From Gemmatimonadota bacterium (GTDB lineage Bacteria; Gemmatimonadota; Gemmatimonadetes; Gemmatimonadales; GWC2-71-9): a stretch of DNA of 57,400 nt. The stretch lies in contig JAZDCZ010000250.1 in assembly GCA_036679605.1 (NCBI GenBank), forward strand, positions 1 through 57,400, given 5' to 3'. The position numbers and the translations under genes are program-made. The notes beneath the pieces were generated by a model. The model was not told the origin of the DNA, made no database searches, and saw only the letters and a list, made by a program, of their open reading frames with translations. This document shows positions 26,083-36,156 of this stretch, piece after piece (position 1 is the first letter of the stretch; every line of letters begins with the position of its first letter).

Positions 26083-28937
26083 TGCTCACAAGTGCGTGCG
26101 GCTATTTCAGTTGCACGGGACTTGAGGGTCGTAAAACTCGAGTCCGCGTCCGACCATAACTCCAGCACGCGAGATATCCACGAACATGCTCGCACGTTGT
26201 TACTACTTGGAGCAGCGCTAGCTCTCAGCAGGCGTATGTATGGTGCTAGAGCCCAATCAACTTCAGCAGCCTGCGCGATGTTGGCAGGTGCACCGAGGAA
26301 GTCGAAATGCTGGTAGAACCGTCGCGCCGAGTCGGTTGCTGCTATACTCCCGGTCTTTTCGTACCACTCGGCGCGCTTTAGATGTAATATGGCGCGGGCG
26401 AAGGGGTCTCCACCTCGGCCGGCCGAATCCCAAGCCAGTAGTGGTTGCGAAATCTGTAATGCTGCCTGATACTCTTCGCCTTCCGCTCGGTTAACTGCCT
26501 CCAAGAGTGTTCCAAGACGCTCGGCGGTCGTATCTGGTTGTGATCGCGACAGAGTGTCGCGCCATTCGCGCCCAGTGTCGAGGTCTCCACGAGATGCAGC
26601 GTCAATACCCAAAGCCCATGCGGCGCGCAGTCTAGTTTCGGGAGTTGTGATTAGAGAGAGTAACTGCAGCCGAGCTGAGTCGAGGGCTTGTCGGGACACT
26701 CCGGGCAGACCGAGCAATCGAAGCATGATGCGCCACTCAGCGGCCTCGATGCGAGCGTTGGGCGACCCAAGCAGACTTGCTGCGGAATCGAAGTGTGTGA
26801 GTGCCTGGGCAACTCGGCCAGTGGCTATAGAGCCGAGGGCGATCGCTTCGTGCAGGTGTGCCTGTGCCGTATCGGCACCAGGATTTTCGGTCAGGAGCAG
26901 TTCCGCTAACTCGACCTGTGTCTGCGGTATGTCGAACATGGCGGCAAGACGGACCGCCCTTGTCAAGTCCTTTGACAACCACGGATCTTGGAACAGTATC
27001 GTTCGTGCACTATCCGCGTCATCTGGAAAGAACCTCTCTACCAGTGCGAATCTTAGCAGTGATCGCTGGTCGAGTAGCATCTCTTCACGGTCGGGTGAGA
27101 CATTTCCTAGGAGGGCGAGGGCGCCCACGGCTTCATCGCGAAGGCCGAGCCGTATGTAGGCCCAAGTGAGATTTGTGACGGCAGGGCCAAAGGCAGGGTA
27201 AACAGAAACTGCAGCTTCTAGGCTTGGAACAATATCCTCGAGCGCAATGCCGATTTGTGGACCTCGGCCCAAAAGTTCTTCTGCGTAGAGAAAAGTGGTG
27301 AACGGATCGTTGGGAAATCTGTCAATCGCATCGCGATAAATACTTAGCCGTTTCTGTTCATTAGGGGCTAGCTGGGCCTCAATGAGCATTCTCTCTTTCT
27401 CGGTGAGAAGCTCTGCCTTTTGCTCGAGCAATCGTACTAAGTTCACGTCGGGATGAGGTGCGCCGGTCAGGGTCCAGCGGTGCGTATTCGAGAGTTTCCA
27501 TTCAGCCCGTGCGAAGTTGGTATCGAGATTCAACGCCAATCGGTATCTCTTTGCGGCAAGAGAGAATGAGTTCGTTAGGAATGCTCGCTCCCCGTCAAGG
27601 AAAGCACTCAACGCACTCTCTATTGGAGACAAGCTCAAGCTCGATCCGCGGAAACCATCGGGATTCTGGGGGTCAATGAGGTCAACGACGCCAAAGCCTA
27701 ACCGTTGACCGGTCTCATTCAGATTCTGTAATTTGGGAATGGTAACGGCCTGCTTCTTCCCGCTCCGATCCTGGACAATCAAGCTGATGATAGTGTCGCG
27801 ACCGGTGGCCTCCACCGTGCCCCAGACAATGTGCTCCGTTCCCAGTTCACGAAAAGCCGAGGTCGGTAGGCTGTCAGCCATGCGATCAGAAGTGGGCATC
27901 CACTCGAGCACAACGTGCGGCAACGTGACGCGGTAAGAAGATGACTCGAGGTTGAGGCGTAGGAGTATTGTGAGGTTGTCAGAAAGCAGAGAATCTCCCA
28001 CCATTCCAAATCCGGCCTCGAGCGGGATGACGGCGACATCGGTCAACTGTCGGGGCGGTCGAATCGCGTCACGTCCGAATATCAGCACACCAAGTGCGCC
28101 AGCGACGAGGCCCGCTCCAGTCAGAATCGCAGCCCGACCACGGTACCTGCGGGATCGAGTCTGCCACAGTTTGCGCCTAAAGGTCTTTGCGTCTGGCCAG
28201 CGCAGTTCCGGATCCCATTCGAGCGCCCGCCGAAGTATGGGAATCACGCTGCGGGGAACGCCGGACCAGTCATGGTGAGCTTCGGGTGACGTCCCACTCC
28301 AACGTCTGCCCGTATACGCTTCGTATAGTACGACCGCCGTGGTGTACAGGTCGGTGCGTGGTGTCAGAAAGTCCCCGCGTGCCTGTTCGGGCGCCATGTA
28401 TCCAACAGTTCCCTGGATCACTCCGTCGAGTGTGGTGGGGTTGTCCTCGTCTCGGGAAGGTCGTGAGATTCCGAAGTCGGTTAGGATGGCCCGACCATGA
28501 ACCATGAAGACGTTGTTCGGCTTGATGTCGAGGTGCAGGGTACCGTGGTGATGCACGGCCTCGAGTGCATCGAGCAGATCGCGACCGACCTTCAGTGCTT
28601 CACCCTTGTCCATCGCTCCTCGTTCCAATCGATCAGCGAGGGTGCCCCCTTCGATGAGATCCATCACGTAGTAAAAGATCCCATCGGCCTCGCCGACCCT
28701 GTGTATGGGAACGACACCAGGGTGCCGGATCTTGGCAAGAATCCGCGCTTCGCGGAGAAAGTGCTCTGCGGCCCTAGCGGTGGCTAGTTCCGGACGGATG
28801 ATCTTTATGGCGACGGGGCAATCGAGCGCAACATCGTGGGCGAGGAATACGATTCCCATGCCGCCGCTTGCCAGCTCCCGTTCCACACGAAAGTCGGGCG
28901 CCAGGGCTTTCCGCAGTCTTTCGACGATTGAACTCAT
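26079..28937 (-). CDS. Hanks-type Ser/Thr protein kinase with TM segment and TPR-like C-terminus
   Basis: GGMG, VAIK, HLDIKPNN, DFG, GTVGYMAPEQ; TM AAILTGAGLVAGALGVLIFG. Confidence 0.9.
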   Translation of the reverse strand: MSSIVERLRKALAPDFRVERELASGGMGIVFLAHDVALDCPVAIKIIRPELATARAAEHFLREARILAKIRHPGVVPIHRVGEADGIFYYVMDLIEGGTLADRLERGAMDKGEALKVGRDLLDALEAVHHHGTLHLDIKPNNVFMVHGRAILTDFGISRPSRDEDNPTTLDGVIQGTVGYMAPEQARGDFLTPRTDLYTTAVVLYEAYTGRRWSGTSPEAHHDWSGVPRSVIPILRRALEWDPELRWPDAKTFRRKLWQTRSRRYRGRAAILTGAGLVAGALGVLIFGRDAIRPPRQLTDVAVIPLEAGFGMVGDSLLSDNLTILLRLNLESSSYRVTLPHVVLEWMPTSDRMADSLPTSAFRELGTEHIVWGTVEATGRDTIISLIVQDRSGKKQAVTIPKLQNLNETGQRLGFGVVDLIDPQNPDGFRGSSLSLSPIESALSAFLDGERAFLTNSFSLAAKRYRLALNLDTNFARAEWKLSNTHRWTLTGAPHPDVNLVRLLEQKAELLTEKERMLIEAQLAPNEQKRLSIYRDAIDRFPNDPFTTFLYAEELLGRGPQIGIALEDIVPSLEAAVSVYPAFGPAVTNLTWAYIRLGLRDEAVGALALLGNVSPDREEMLLDQRSLLRFALVERFFPDDADSARTILFQDPWLSKDLTRAVRLAAMFDIPQTQVELAELLLTENPGADTAQAHLHEAIALGSIATGRVAQALTHFDSAASLLGSPNARIEAAEWRIMLRLLGLPGVSRQALDSARLQLLSLITTPETRLRAAWALGIDAASRGDLDTGREWRDTLSRSQPDTTAERLGTLLEAVNRAEGEEYQAALQISQPLLAWDSAGRGGDPFARAILHLKRAEWYEKTGSIAATDSARRFYQHFDFLGAPANIAQAAEVDWALAPYIRLLRASAAPSSNNVRACSWISRVLELWSDADSSFTTLKSRATEIAARTCEQ

Positions 28938-28973
28938 ATCCGACCACCATGAGGGTGTCGGAGAATCTGGCGG

Positions 28974-29417
28974 TCACCCGCGTCGAGTCAAGACCGCGCG
29001 GGTGTTGTGGCCGCCTTCCTTGACGAATATCCGAGTAGACTTACCGCGGCTGGTGAAGCGCTCTCCATCCACCACGCCGGCGTCGGTCCAGTAGTAGGTG
29101 ATCCAGGCCACTTCGTCTCGTACGACGATCTTCGGCTGGTGCATTTCCGTGTGCACGTTCTTGGCACGCTTGAGGAACTCTCCAACGCTGCGTACTTCAT
29201 AACTCTTTCCGGAGGATAGGTAAGCATCGCTTTCCCCGAACGCCGTAAAGTCAGCATGTATGAAACTGGCGTATTGATTTAGGTCGCCATGCTCGATGGC
29301 ATCCCACATGGCGATGAGGGTGGCCTTCACATCTTCTGCATCATCAGTGCTAGTTGCCTGGCCAAAGACTGGGCCGGCACAAGCAACAGAGGCCAAGAAC
29401 ATGAATACGTTTTTCAT
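28974..29417 (-). CDS. Secreted SnoaL/NTF2-like protein, last beta-strand possibly deleted
   Basis: Signal peptide, VAWITYYW…GKSTRIFVKEGG, but lacks the usual W-x-x-x-H-x-H. Confidence 0.7.
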   Translation of the reverse strand: MKNVFMFLASVACAGPVFGQATSTDDAEDVKATLIAMWDAIEHGDLNQYASFIHADFTAFGESDAYLSSGKSYEVRSVGEFLKRAKNVHTEMHQPKIVVRDEVAWITYYWTDAGVVDGERFTSRGKSTRIFVKEGGHNTRAVLTRRG

Positions 29418-29422
29418 CCGGA

Positions 29423-31717
29423 TCACCTGAAGCTAGTGTTCTGTAGAATTCGCTCGGCAAGATCGGTCGCGCGCTCAATTTCGTTGACCGTCACAGAATC
29501 TGCGACACTGCCGCCGGCGCGACTCCCGGGCAACGATAGGATCTGAACATAGGAGGCGTACAGGATGGCATAGAGCGCCAATATGCTCTCCGATGGCCGG
29601 TCGATCCAGCCGAAGGGACGCTCGCGCGCAGCGGATTCACCGTGGTATACGTCAAACAGGAGCCTACCAGTTCGTTCGACGTCCACCCATCCCAACATGC
29701 CGGCCGGCACGATGCCGTCACGGGGCTGGATCGGTTCCGGCGTCAATCTTCTGACCATACCCTGATTCAGGAGGTAACTCGTGAGGCCCATGCGTTCCCC
29801 GAAGTCGCCAGTGGTTCGCGAGAGATAGATTGGCCTCTTCCCGAGATTGTCACGAATGATTTGCAATGTGACGATACCGGCGCGATCCAGTATTTGCGGT
29901 CGCAGTACCGTGCGGAGAGTGCCGAACTGGAACGGAGTGCTGTCTTGAATCTGAACCAGCGGCGGTAGATTGTCCAAGTCCGTATAGCTTGGAGACAGAA
30001 CCGATTCGGTAGGCCTCGGCCACGAACGGCCACGATACATTGGCAACGCATTCTCAGTGTCGAACGGAAATACCTCTCTGCGTTTGATCTGCCGATTGTG
30101 CCACTTGGTGTTCATCAAGGACAGGTTGACTACTGTGACATCACGGCGGACTCCCTCTACTTCTTGGACGTACCAGAGTGGAAAGGTGTCGTTGTCCCCA
30201 GCCGTAACAAGGATGCCATAGGGCTCGACTGACTGGAGCATATCCCAGGCGGAATTACGCGGCAGGGTCTCACCGGCACGGGAGGCGGAGAGGTGGTTGC
30301 CGTATAATGGTATTAGACAGAGCAGTAGCACGGGTGTTGCGGGGAGCCAGTTCACTTGCTCGTCATCAGAATTCGTCAACGCGCGTATTAACAGTTTCAT
30401 TACAGCGGCAAATCCGAACGCGACCCAGACTCCCCAGAGCATAAAGGAAGCAATGTAGAAGTAATCTCGTTCTCGCACTTCACGAAGCAGGTTCTCGCCC
30501 GGTCGAATCGAATAGCCGAACTTGAAGTCGAGGTAGAACACCAGCAGCACCGTGACGGTCAGCATCAAGGCTGTCATCGTCGCGGCAAACCGCCTGTCCT
30601 GGCGCCAGTGCCACACGGCCCCCGTGAGGCCTAGCCCTCCGAATAGGGCAGCTAGTCCCTGTTGTACACCCGGTGCCCAGTCGCGACCGAACTGCCAAGA
30701 GAAGTACTGTAGGTAGTTGATATACTGCCATGTAATGTCGGCCTGGCGAGGCAACAATGGACCCTTCTGGTACTGCTCACGGCTCAAGACTGCTCTGAGG
30801 GTCTCCCAGGTAGTGGGCTCACCCTCGTTGATCGCTGGGTACAGTCCGGCTCGAATTGAAAGGAAGATGAAGTTTAGCGAGAGCCCCACGGCGGCTACTG
30901 CTACTACCGCGGCTGCAAACCGCCAGTGACCGGTATATGCCAGGAACGCCAGCGGTAGTCCGATTATCAGAGCAACGACCCCATAGTAGGCGACGTTCTC
31001 TGCTCCCTTCGCGAGCACATTGGGCATAAAAACGAACATCGTTGCCATTACCGAAAACACTAGCAACTTGGCCCACTCGCCCGCGTCCGCACCCTCGATC
31101 CGCAGGGTTTCGAGCACCAATACCATTATCGCTGGAGCCACCAACAGCCCCATGGTGTGATTCGCTGACGTAAGTGCCAAGAGATAAACAATTAGGACCA
31201 ACAACTTGTCGCGGGCGACACCGGGAGTGCTATCCATCCAACGGATGCCCAACCAAAGAACCAGGCCGATTGATAGCAGACTCAGCGTGTAGACCTTTTC
31301 GTTGACTACAGACTGATTCCACACTGTAAAAGCCGCCGCTCCAACGATGATTCCTGCGGCGGCAGTTGCGTACCTCACCAGCTTATCGTTAACGAGCGAA
31401 CGAAGGAACCGTTCAGTAATCAGGAACAGGAAACCGGACGCAACCGCACTTGCCGTGGCCGAGAACAAGTTGAGCCGTCTGCCGTAGTCTGCGGCCAGAG
31501 GTAGCGCTCCCCATAGATTCGCAAGCAACACGAATAAAGGATTCCCCGGCGGATGCGGTATGCCGAGTGTCTTCGCTGCCGACATGTATTCGGATGTATC
31601 CCAGAACTGAGTGGTCGGTGCGAGAGTGATTACATACAATACGAGAATTGCGGCGGAGACTATGGCGGCTACGCCGTACGGCTGCCGTTCGGCTAGTTGT
31701 CTAGTATCTGTAGTCAT
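29423..31717 (-). CDS. DUF2723 (TMEM260-like, GT-C) membrane glycosyltransferase
   Basis: TLAPT…WDTSEY…LGIPHPPG, RERDYFY, GDNDTFPLWY…EGVRRDV. Confidence 0.9.
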   Translation of the reverse strand: MTTDTRQLAERQPYGVAAIVSAAILVLYVITLAPTTQFWDTSEYMSAAKTLGIPHPPGNPLFVLLANLWGALPLAADYGRRLNLFSATASAVASGFLFLITERFLRSLVNDKLVRYATAAAGIIVGAAAFTVWNQSVVNEKVYTLSLLSIGLVLWLGIRWMDSTPGVARDKLLVLIVYLLALTSANHTMGLLVAPAIMVLVLETLRIEGADAGEWAKLLVFSVMATMFVFMPNVLAKGAENVAYYGVVALIIGLPLAFLAYTGHWRFAAAVVAVAAVGLSLNFIFLSIRAGLYPAINEGEPTTWETLRAVLSREQYQKGPLLPRQADITWQYINYLQYFSWQFGRDWAPGVQQGLAALFGGLGLTGAVWHWRQDRRFAATMTALMLTVTVLLVFYLDFKFGYSIRPGENLLREVRERDYFYIASFMLWGVWVAFGFAAVMKLLIRALTNSDDEQVNWLPATPVLLLCLIPLYGNHLSASRAGETLPRNSAWDMLQSVEPYGILVTAGDNDTFPLWYVQEVEGVRRDVTVVNLSLMNTKWHNRQIKRREVFPFDTENALPMYRGRSWPRPTESVLSPSYTDLDNLPPLVQIQDSTPFQFGTLRTVLRPQILDRAGIVTLQIIRDNLGKRPIYLSRTTGDFGERMGLTSYLLNQGMVRRLTPEPIQPRDGIVPAGMLGWVDVERTGRLLFDVYHGESAARERPFGWIDRPSESILALYAILYASYVQILSLPGSRAGGSVADSVTVNEIERATDLAERILQNTSFR

Positions 31718-31722
31718 CTGAG

Positions 31723-33252
31723 CTAGTGGCGGAATTGCCTACGACCGGTGATTAGCATGGCGAGACCGTGTGAGTTTGCGGCTGCAACAACCTCCTCGTC
31801 TCGAACCGACCCACCCGGCTGGATGATTGCCGTCACTCCTGCAGCAGCGGCGTTCTCCAGGCTATCGGCAAACGGGAAGAATGCGTCGGATGCCAGTACC
31901 GATCCCCTCGGATCTTGGCCTTGCTCCCTCGCTTTGTGAATAGCTAGAAAGGTTGCATCCACGCGGCTCATCTGGCCCGTGCCGATCCCAATTGCCGCTT
32001 CGTTTCTCGCCAGCAGGATTGCATTGGATTTCACTCCCGCAACGGCGGCCCAAGCAAACCCGAGGTCACGCCGCTCCTCCGGTGTAGGTGGTCGGTCGGT
32101 AACGACTTTCCAGTTGGACTCGTCAGCGGACGAGGTGAACCGATCTTGTATCAAAAAACCACCGCGTACTCGTTTATAGTCCAGCGACGGTCTCTGGTCT
32201 GGGAGTGGAAGTTCTACGACCCGCAGATTCTTCTTTCTCTCAAAAACTCTGACGGCCTCGTCGTGGAAACGTGGAGCAATCACGACCTCTACGAACAAGT
32301 CTGCCATGGCCTCTGCTGTCGCAGCATCGACAACAGTGTTGAACCCGACGACCGATCCGAACGCCGACTTGGAGTCTGTCGCAAGAGCACGGCGATATGC
32401 CTCTAATGCGTCTTTTCCGAGAGCAATGCCGCAGGGTGTTGTGTGCTTGATGATCGCGCATGCTGGTCTATCCGGCCACGGTGCAACGGCGACACTGGCG
32501 GCTTCGATGTCCAGCAGGTTGTTGAATGACAGGGACTTCCCATGCAGTTGCCTCAATACGTCGATGCCGCGTCCTTCTCTAGTCGAATACAGTGCAGCAC
32601 GCTGCTCAGGATTCTCCCCGTAACGCAATTCTTGAACGCGTTCAAGCACAAGAGAAACGACGGACGGAAAGAAATCGGCGTCTTGGCTCATGTAGCGTGC
32701 TATCGCGGCGTCATAGCCCGCCGTATGACTGAACACCTTGGCGGCGAGTTCTCGTCTCCACGAAGGGTCTATGGAATCGCCGGCAAGAGCTGCCACGACA
32801 CGGTCGTAGTCGCGAGGATCTACAACTGCCAGCACATCGCTGTGATTCTTGGCGGCCGACCTGAGGAGCGATGGCCCGCCAATGTCGATTTGCTCGATAG
32901 CGTCCTCGAACTTTACATCTGGTTTGGCAATAGTCTCCCTGAATGGATACAGATTGACGGCCACCAGGTCGATGGGAGTAATCTCTTGATCTGCTAGGGC
33001 GTCAAGATGTGCGGGCAGGTCGCGCCGGGCTAATAGAGCCGCATGTATCGCCGGATGCAACGTCTTCACCCTACCGTCCAGCATCTCCGGAAAGCCGGTG
33101 ATGTCTTCGACCGGTTTGGTAGAAACATTTCCTTCTCCCAGCGCGGCAGCCGTTCCGCCGGTTGAGACGATTTCCCACCCAAGTGATTCAAGCCGCCGAG
33201 CGAACTCTACGACACCTCGTTTATCGGAAACAGAAATCAGCGCACGTGGCAA
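31723..33252 (-). CDS. purH: Bifunctional AICAR formyltransferase / IMP cyclohydrolase
   Basis: ALISVSDK, GRVKTLHP, IDIGGP, LRYGENP, SDAFFPF, IIQPGGS, RQFRH. Confidence 0.98.
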   Translation of the reverse strand: MPRALISVSDKRGVVEFARRLESLGWEIVSTGGTAAALGEGNVSTKPVEDITGFPEMLDGRVKTLHPAIHAALLARRDLPAHLDALADQEITPIDLVAVNLYPFRETIAKPDVKFEDAIEQIDIGGPSLLRSAAKNHSDVLAVVDPRDYDRVVAALAGDSIDPSWRRELAAKVFSHTAGYDAAIARYMSQDADFFPSVVSLVLERVQELRYGENPEQRAALYSTREGRGIDVLRQLHGKSLSFNNLLDIEAASVAVAPWPDRPACAIIKHTTPCGIALGKDALEAYRRALATDSKSAFGSVVGFNTVVDAATAEAMADLFVEVVIAPRFHDEAVRVFERKKNLRVVELPLPDQRPSLDYKRVRGGFLIQDRFTSSADESNWKVVTDRPPTPEERRDLGFAWAAVAGVKSNAILLARNEAAIGIGTGQMSRVDATFLAIHKAREQGQDPRGSVLASDAFFPFADSLENAAAAGVTAIIQPGGSVRDEEVVAAANSHGLAMLITGRRQFRH

Positions 33253-33860
33253 ACAGAGACCTCCTCAAAGGCGTCGCACGCCGGGAACAAGGGTTCTACT
33301 CCACCCGTCTGTGCTGCGGCAAGAACGACCGCTGGCAGAAGTTCGTGTTCAACCGCGAGTACGCGCTGTTGCAATGTTTCGGGTGTGTCGTCAGGGGCTA
33401 CCGGCACAGGCCATTGGGCGATAATTGGGCCTCGGTCGTAGTCTTCGGTAACGAGGTGGACGGTGGCGCCTGTTACGGTGGCACCGGAGTCGAGCACTGC
33501 CGCATGCACCCTATTGCCGTACATGCCGGCGCCGCCATACGATGGTAGCAGGGCGGGGTGAATGTTGATCATCCGGCCGGCGAACGCCGCTACCACGTTT
33601 TTCGGTACCAGTTTCAGGTACCCCGCCAGGACTACGAGATTGATATCATGGTCCCGCAGTGTCGCCAAGAGAGAGAGTCCGTCCGCCGGGTCCTCAATGA
33701 CATAGGTTACAACTCCCGCCTTGTGGGCTAGATGCAAAGCCCCAGAGTCAGGTCTATTGCTGGCAACCAGCGCCACACGAACCGGAGCAGATTCGTGACA
33801 CTGGTCGAGAATGGCCTGCAGGTTGGTTCCGGCGCCGGAAGCGAACACTGCTACCCGCAT
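33237..33860 (-). CDS. purN: Phosphoribosylglycinamide formyltransferase
   Basis: ASGAGTNLQA, LAGY, NIHPALLP, GATVH…D.GPII.Q. Confidence 0.97.
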   Translation of the reverse strand: MRVAVFASGAGTNLQAILDQCHESAPVRVALVASNRPDSGALHLAHKAGVVTYVIEDPADGLSLLATLRDHDINLVVLAGYLKLVPKNVVAAFAGRMINIHPALLPSYGGAGMYGNRVHAAVLDSGATVTGATVHLVTEDYDRGPIIAQWPVPVAPDDTPETLQQRVLAVEHELLPAVVLAAAQTGGVEPLFPACDAFEEVSVCHVR

Positions 33861-33906
33861 AGTAGAGACTCCCGCCACTCCTATGTAACGGTCCCGCAAA
33901 GAAACA

Positions 33907-34767
33907 CTAGGTGCACTGGGACGCTTCTTGGATCGGAAGCGCTCCTGGCGTTACGCGGAGAATGAAGTCACCCTTTTGATTGGGTTTCCCAGTCGTCATG
34001 ACTATCCGGAACGGATGCTCGGAGCCCGTGAACACGAGGCGGGCATTGCACTTCCCAGCACCGTCGTCGTTGGCGTCCCGCACCGTGGCGAATCCCTGAT
34101 AAAGGCTGAGCCGCGCATCAAAATCGTCGGAAAGAAAGTCGATCGTCACAGTCTCACCCAACGGTACATCTAGGGCCCAGACCTCGTAAAATGTTCTTCC
34201 GAGTTTGCTGTCTGGCGGGCCAAGGTTGGCAGAAATGGAATCACCTACCGAAAGCGTGTCCTTGACCAGCAGAAACCCCCGACAAGGCTTATCGCTTGGC
34301 GGGGAGTTGTGGCCCTTTGCCACCGAAATGTTGAACTGACCTGTTTCATGTGAGGTTGCACTCGTGGCATACAGGATATACCGGCCGGTCGCCGGAAGCT
34401 CGAATTGTATTTGAGCGTTACAGAGGCCCCCTCCATCAGCATCGTCCTCGACGATCACGTCGGCGGAGTCGGCCAACAGGAGACCGACGTTGAAGTCGAT
34501 AGAAGACAATGTGGCCGTGATGGAGTCACCCATCTCTCCTGAGAATACGAAGGCCTTGTAATACAATCCGTTTTGTAACGAGTCGTCGTTCACGGTCAGA
34601 AAACTCTGCACCGTCTCCCCATACGATAGCGTGACAAATTTGAGTTCTTCCGGTTCAGCAGAGGTCACCTGCCCGGCAGCAGGGGATGCCCCTGCGAGCA
34701 GTGCAAGCGATGTAATGGCGGTTGCAATTCTTAAAGCCACAGACGAGTCCTCCGTCATCTGGTACAT
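33907..34767 (-). CDS. Secreted protein with two PPC (pre-peptidase C-terminal)-like domains
   Basis: Repeated S.DF…L…DD..GG.CNA units; signal peptide. Confidence 0.7.
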   Translation of the reverse strand: MYQMTEDSSVALRIATAITSLALLAGASPAAGQVTSAEPEELKFVTLSYGETVQSFLTVNDDSLQNGLYYKAFVFSGEMGDSITATLSSIDFNVGLLLADSADVIVEDDADGGGLCNAQIQFELPATGRYILYATSATSHETGQFNISVAKGHNSPPSDKPCRGFLLVKDTLSVGDSISANLGPPDSKLGRTFYEVWALDVPLGETVTIDFLSDDFDARLSLYQGFATVRDANDDGAGKCNARLVFTGSEHPFRIVMTTGKPNQKGDFILRVTPGALPIQEASQCT

Positions 34768-34812
34768 GGTTTTAGTTGCCGTTTGACGCCGGGAATCTCG
34801 CTAAAAATCCTG

Positions 34813-36156
34813 CTAGACACAATCCCGGACGGCCTGGATGGCTTGTGCTACAACCGGGATTTCATTGTCGGCGATGGTTCGCACGTCGAAGATTACGCGC
34901 TGGTCCGCGGTACGGGCTAGAATAGGGGGTTCGTTGCTGCGGAGCGAGGCCAGAAAGGCATCGGCCGACGCGGCCTCAACCACGACCAAAGTGGTGGCCA
35001 GTTGGGTGCCAGGGAACGCGCCGCCTCCTACTGCCGATTCCCCGGGTTCGGTTGTGGCACCGGGCACCAACTCGGCCAGTTGCCGGGACCGCCGCTCGAG
35101 GTCTCGCGGGTCAGCAGTGAGCATCGCAAGACAGGGAATCTCCCTGGTCGCGACGGCAGGATCCCGATAGAGCGCGAGCGTTGCCTCGAGGGCAGCGATG
35201 GTCACCTTGTCGGGGCGGAGCGCGCGCGCCAACGGATTGGCCGCCGCTCTGTCGATCAAGTCTTTGGGGCCCACTACTATGCCGGCTTGAGGACCACCCA
35301 ACAACTTGTCGCCGGAGAAAACGACAATCGCTCCTGCCGCCACACTGTCAGAGATCAGAGGCTCTCCCTTGAGTCCATGCTCTGATAGATCGATCAGGAG
35401 TCCGCTCCCGGCATCGTGGATAACAGGAATCTTGCGAGCCTGCCCCAGCGAGACCAAGTCGGCGAGGGTCGTTTCCTCGACGAAGCCGAGCTGTAGGAAG
35501 TTGGATTGGTGAACCTTGAGCAGAACTCGAGTGTTGGGACTGAGAGCGAGTCGATAGTCCGATAGCCGAGTGCGGTTGGTTGTTCCCACTTCAACCAGTA
35601 CGCTACCGCTCTTCGTCAATATATCCGGTATCCGAAACGCGCCGCCGATCTCGACCAGCTCACCGCGCGACACGATCGTCTCTCCCCCGTCGGCGAATGT
35701 GTTCAGCAACATGAACATCGCGGCCGCGGCATTGTTGACCACCAGAGCGTTCTCCGCTCCAGTAATCTCAGCGAGTAGAGACCGAATGCGTGCTTGTCGC
35801 GATCCCCTGTTGCCGGTTACAACATTCAGTTCCAGCGTACTGTAGCCGAATCCTCCAATGCAAGCTTTCCGGGCGGCCTCAGGCATTGGTGCCCGGCCGA
35901 GGTTGGTGTGGAGGACCACGCCAGTCGCGTTGACGACGCGTGTGAGCGACATCCGTGTGCGTTCGGCGATCTCCCGTTCAACGTCCGCGATCCATCCGGA
36001 CTGGGGGCTAACTCCGTCTCTGGATCGAGCGGCTTCTATGCTGGCTCGGATAGAATCGACTACCACGGCGCGCGGTGCCGAATCGAGCAAGCCGGCCTCT
36101 TCCGCGTCCGCCAGGAGCTTGTTGACCGATGGCAGATCTCTCAGTTTGTCGCTCAT
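34813..36156 (-). CDS. selA: L-seryl-tRNA(Sec) selenium transferase
   Basis: LRDLPSV N-domain, NATGVVLHTNLGRA, SRGELVEIGG.FRIP, EVGTTNRT, SGDKLLGGPQAG. Confidence 0.97.
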   Translation of the reverse strand: MSDKLRDLPSVNKLLADAEEAGLLDSAPRAVVVDSIRASIEAARSRDGVSPQSGWIADVEREIAERTRMSLTRVVNATGVVLHTNLGRAPMPEAARKACIGGFGYSTLELNVVTGNRGSRQARIRSLLAEITGAENALVVNNAAAAMFMLLNTFADGGETIVSRGELVEIGGAFRIPDILTKSGSVLVEVGTTNRTRLSDYRLALSPNTRVLLKVHQSNFLQLGFVEETTLADLVSLGQARKIPVIHDAGSGLLIDLSEHGLKGEPLISDSVAAGAIVVFSGDKLLGGPQAGIVVGPKDLIDRAAANPLARALRPDKVTIAALEATLALYRDPAVATREIPCLAMLTADPRDLERRSRQLAELVPGATTEPGESAVGGGAFPGTQLATTLVVVEAASADAFLASLRSNEPPILARTADQRVIFDVRTIADNEIPVVAQAIQAVRDCV

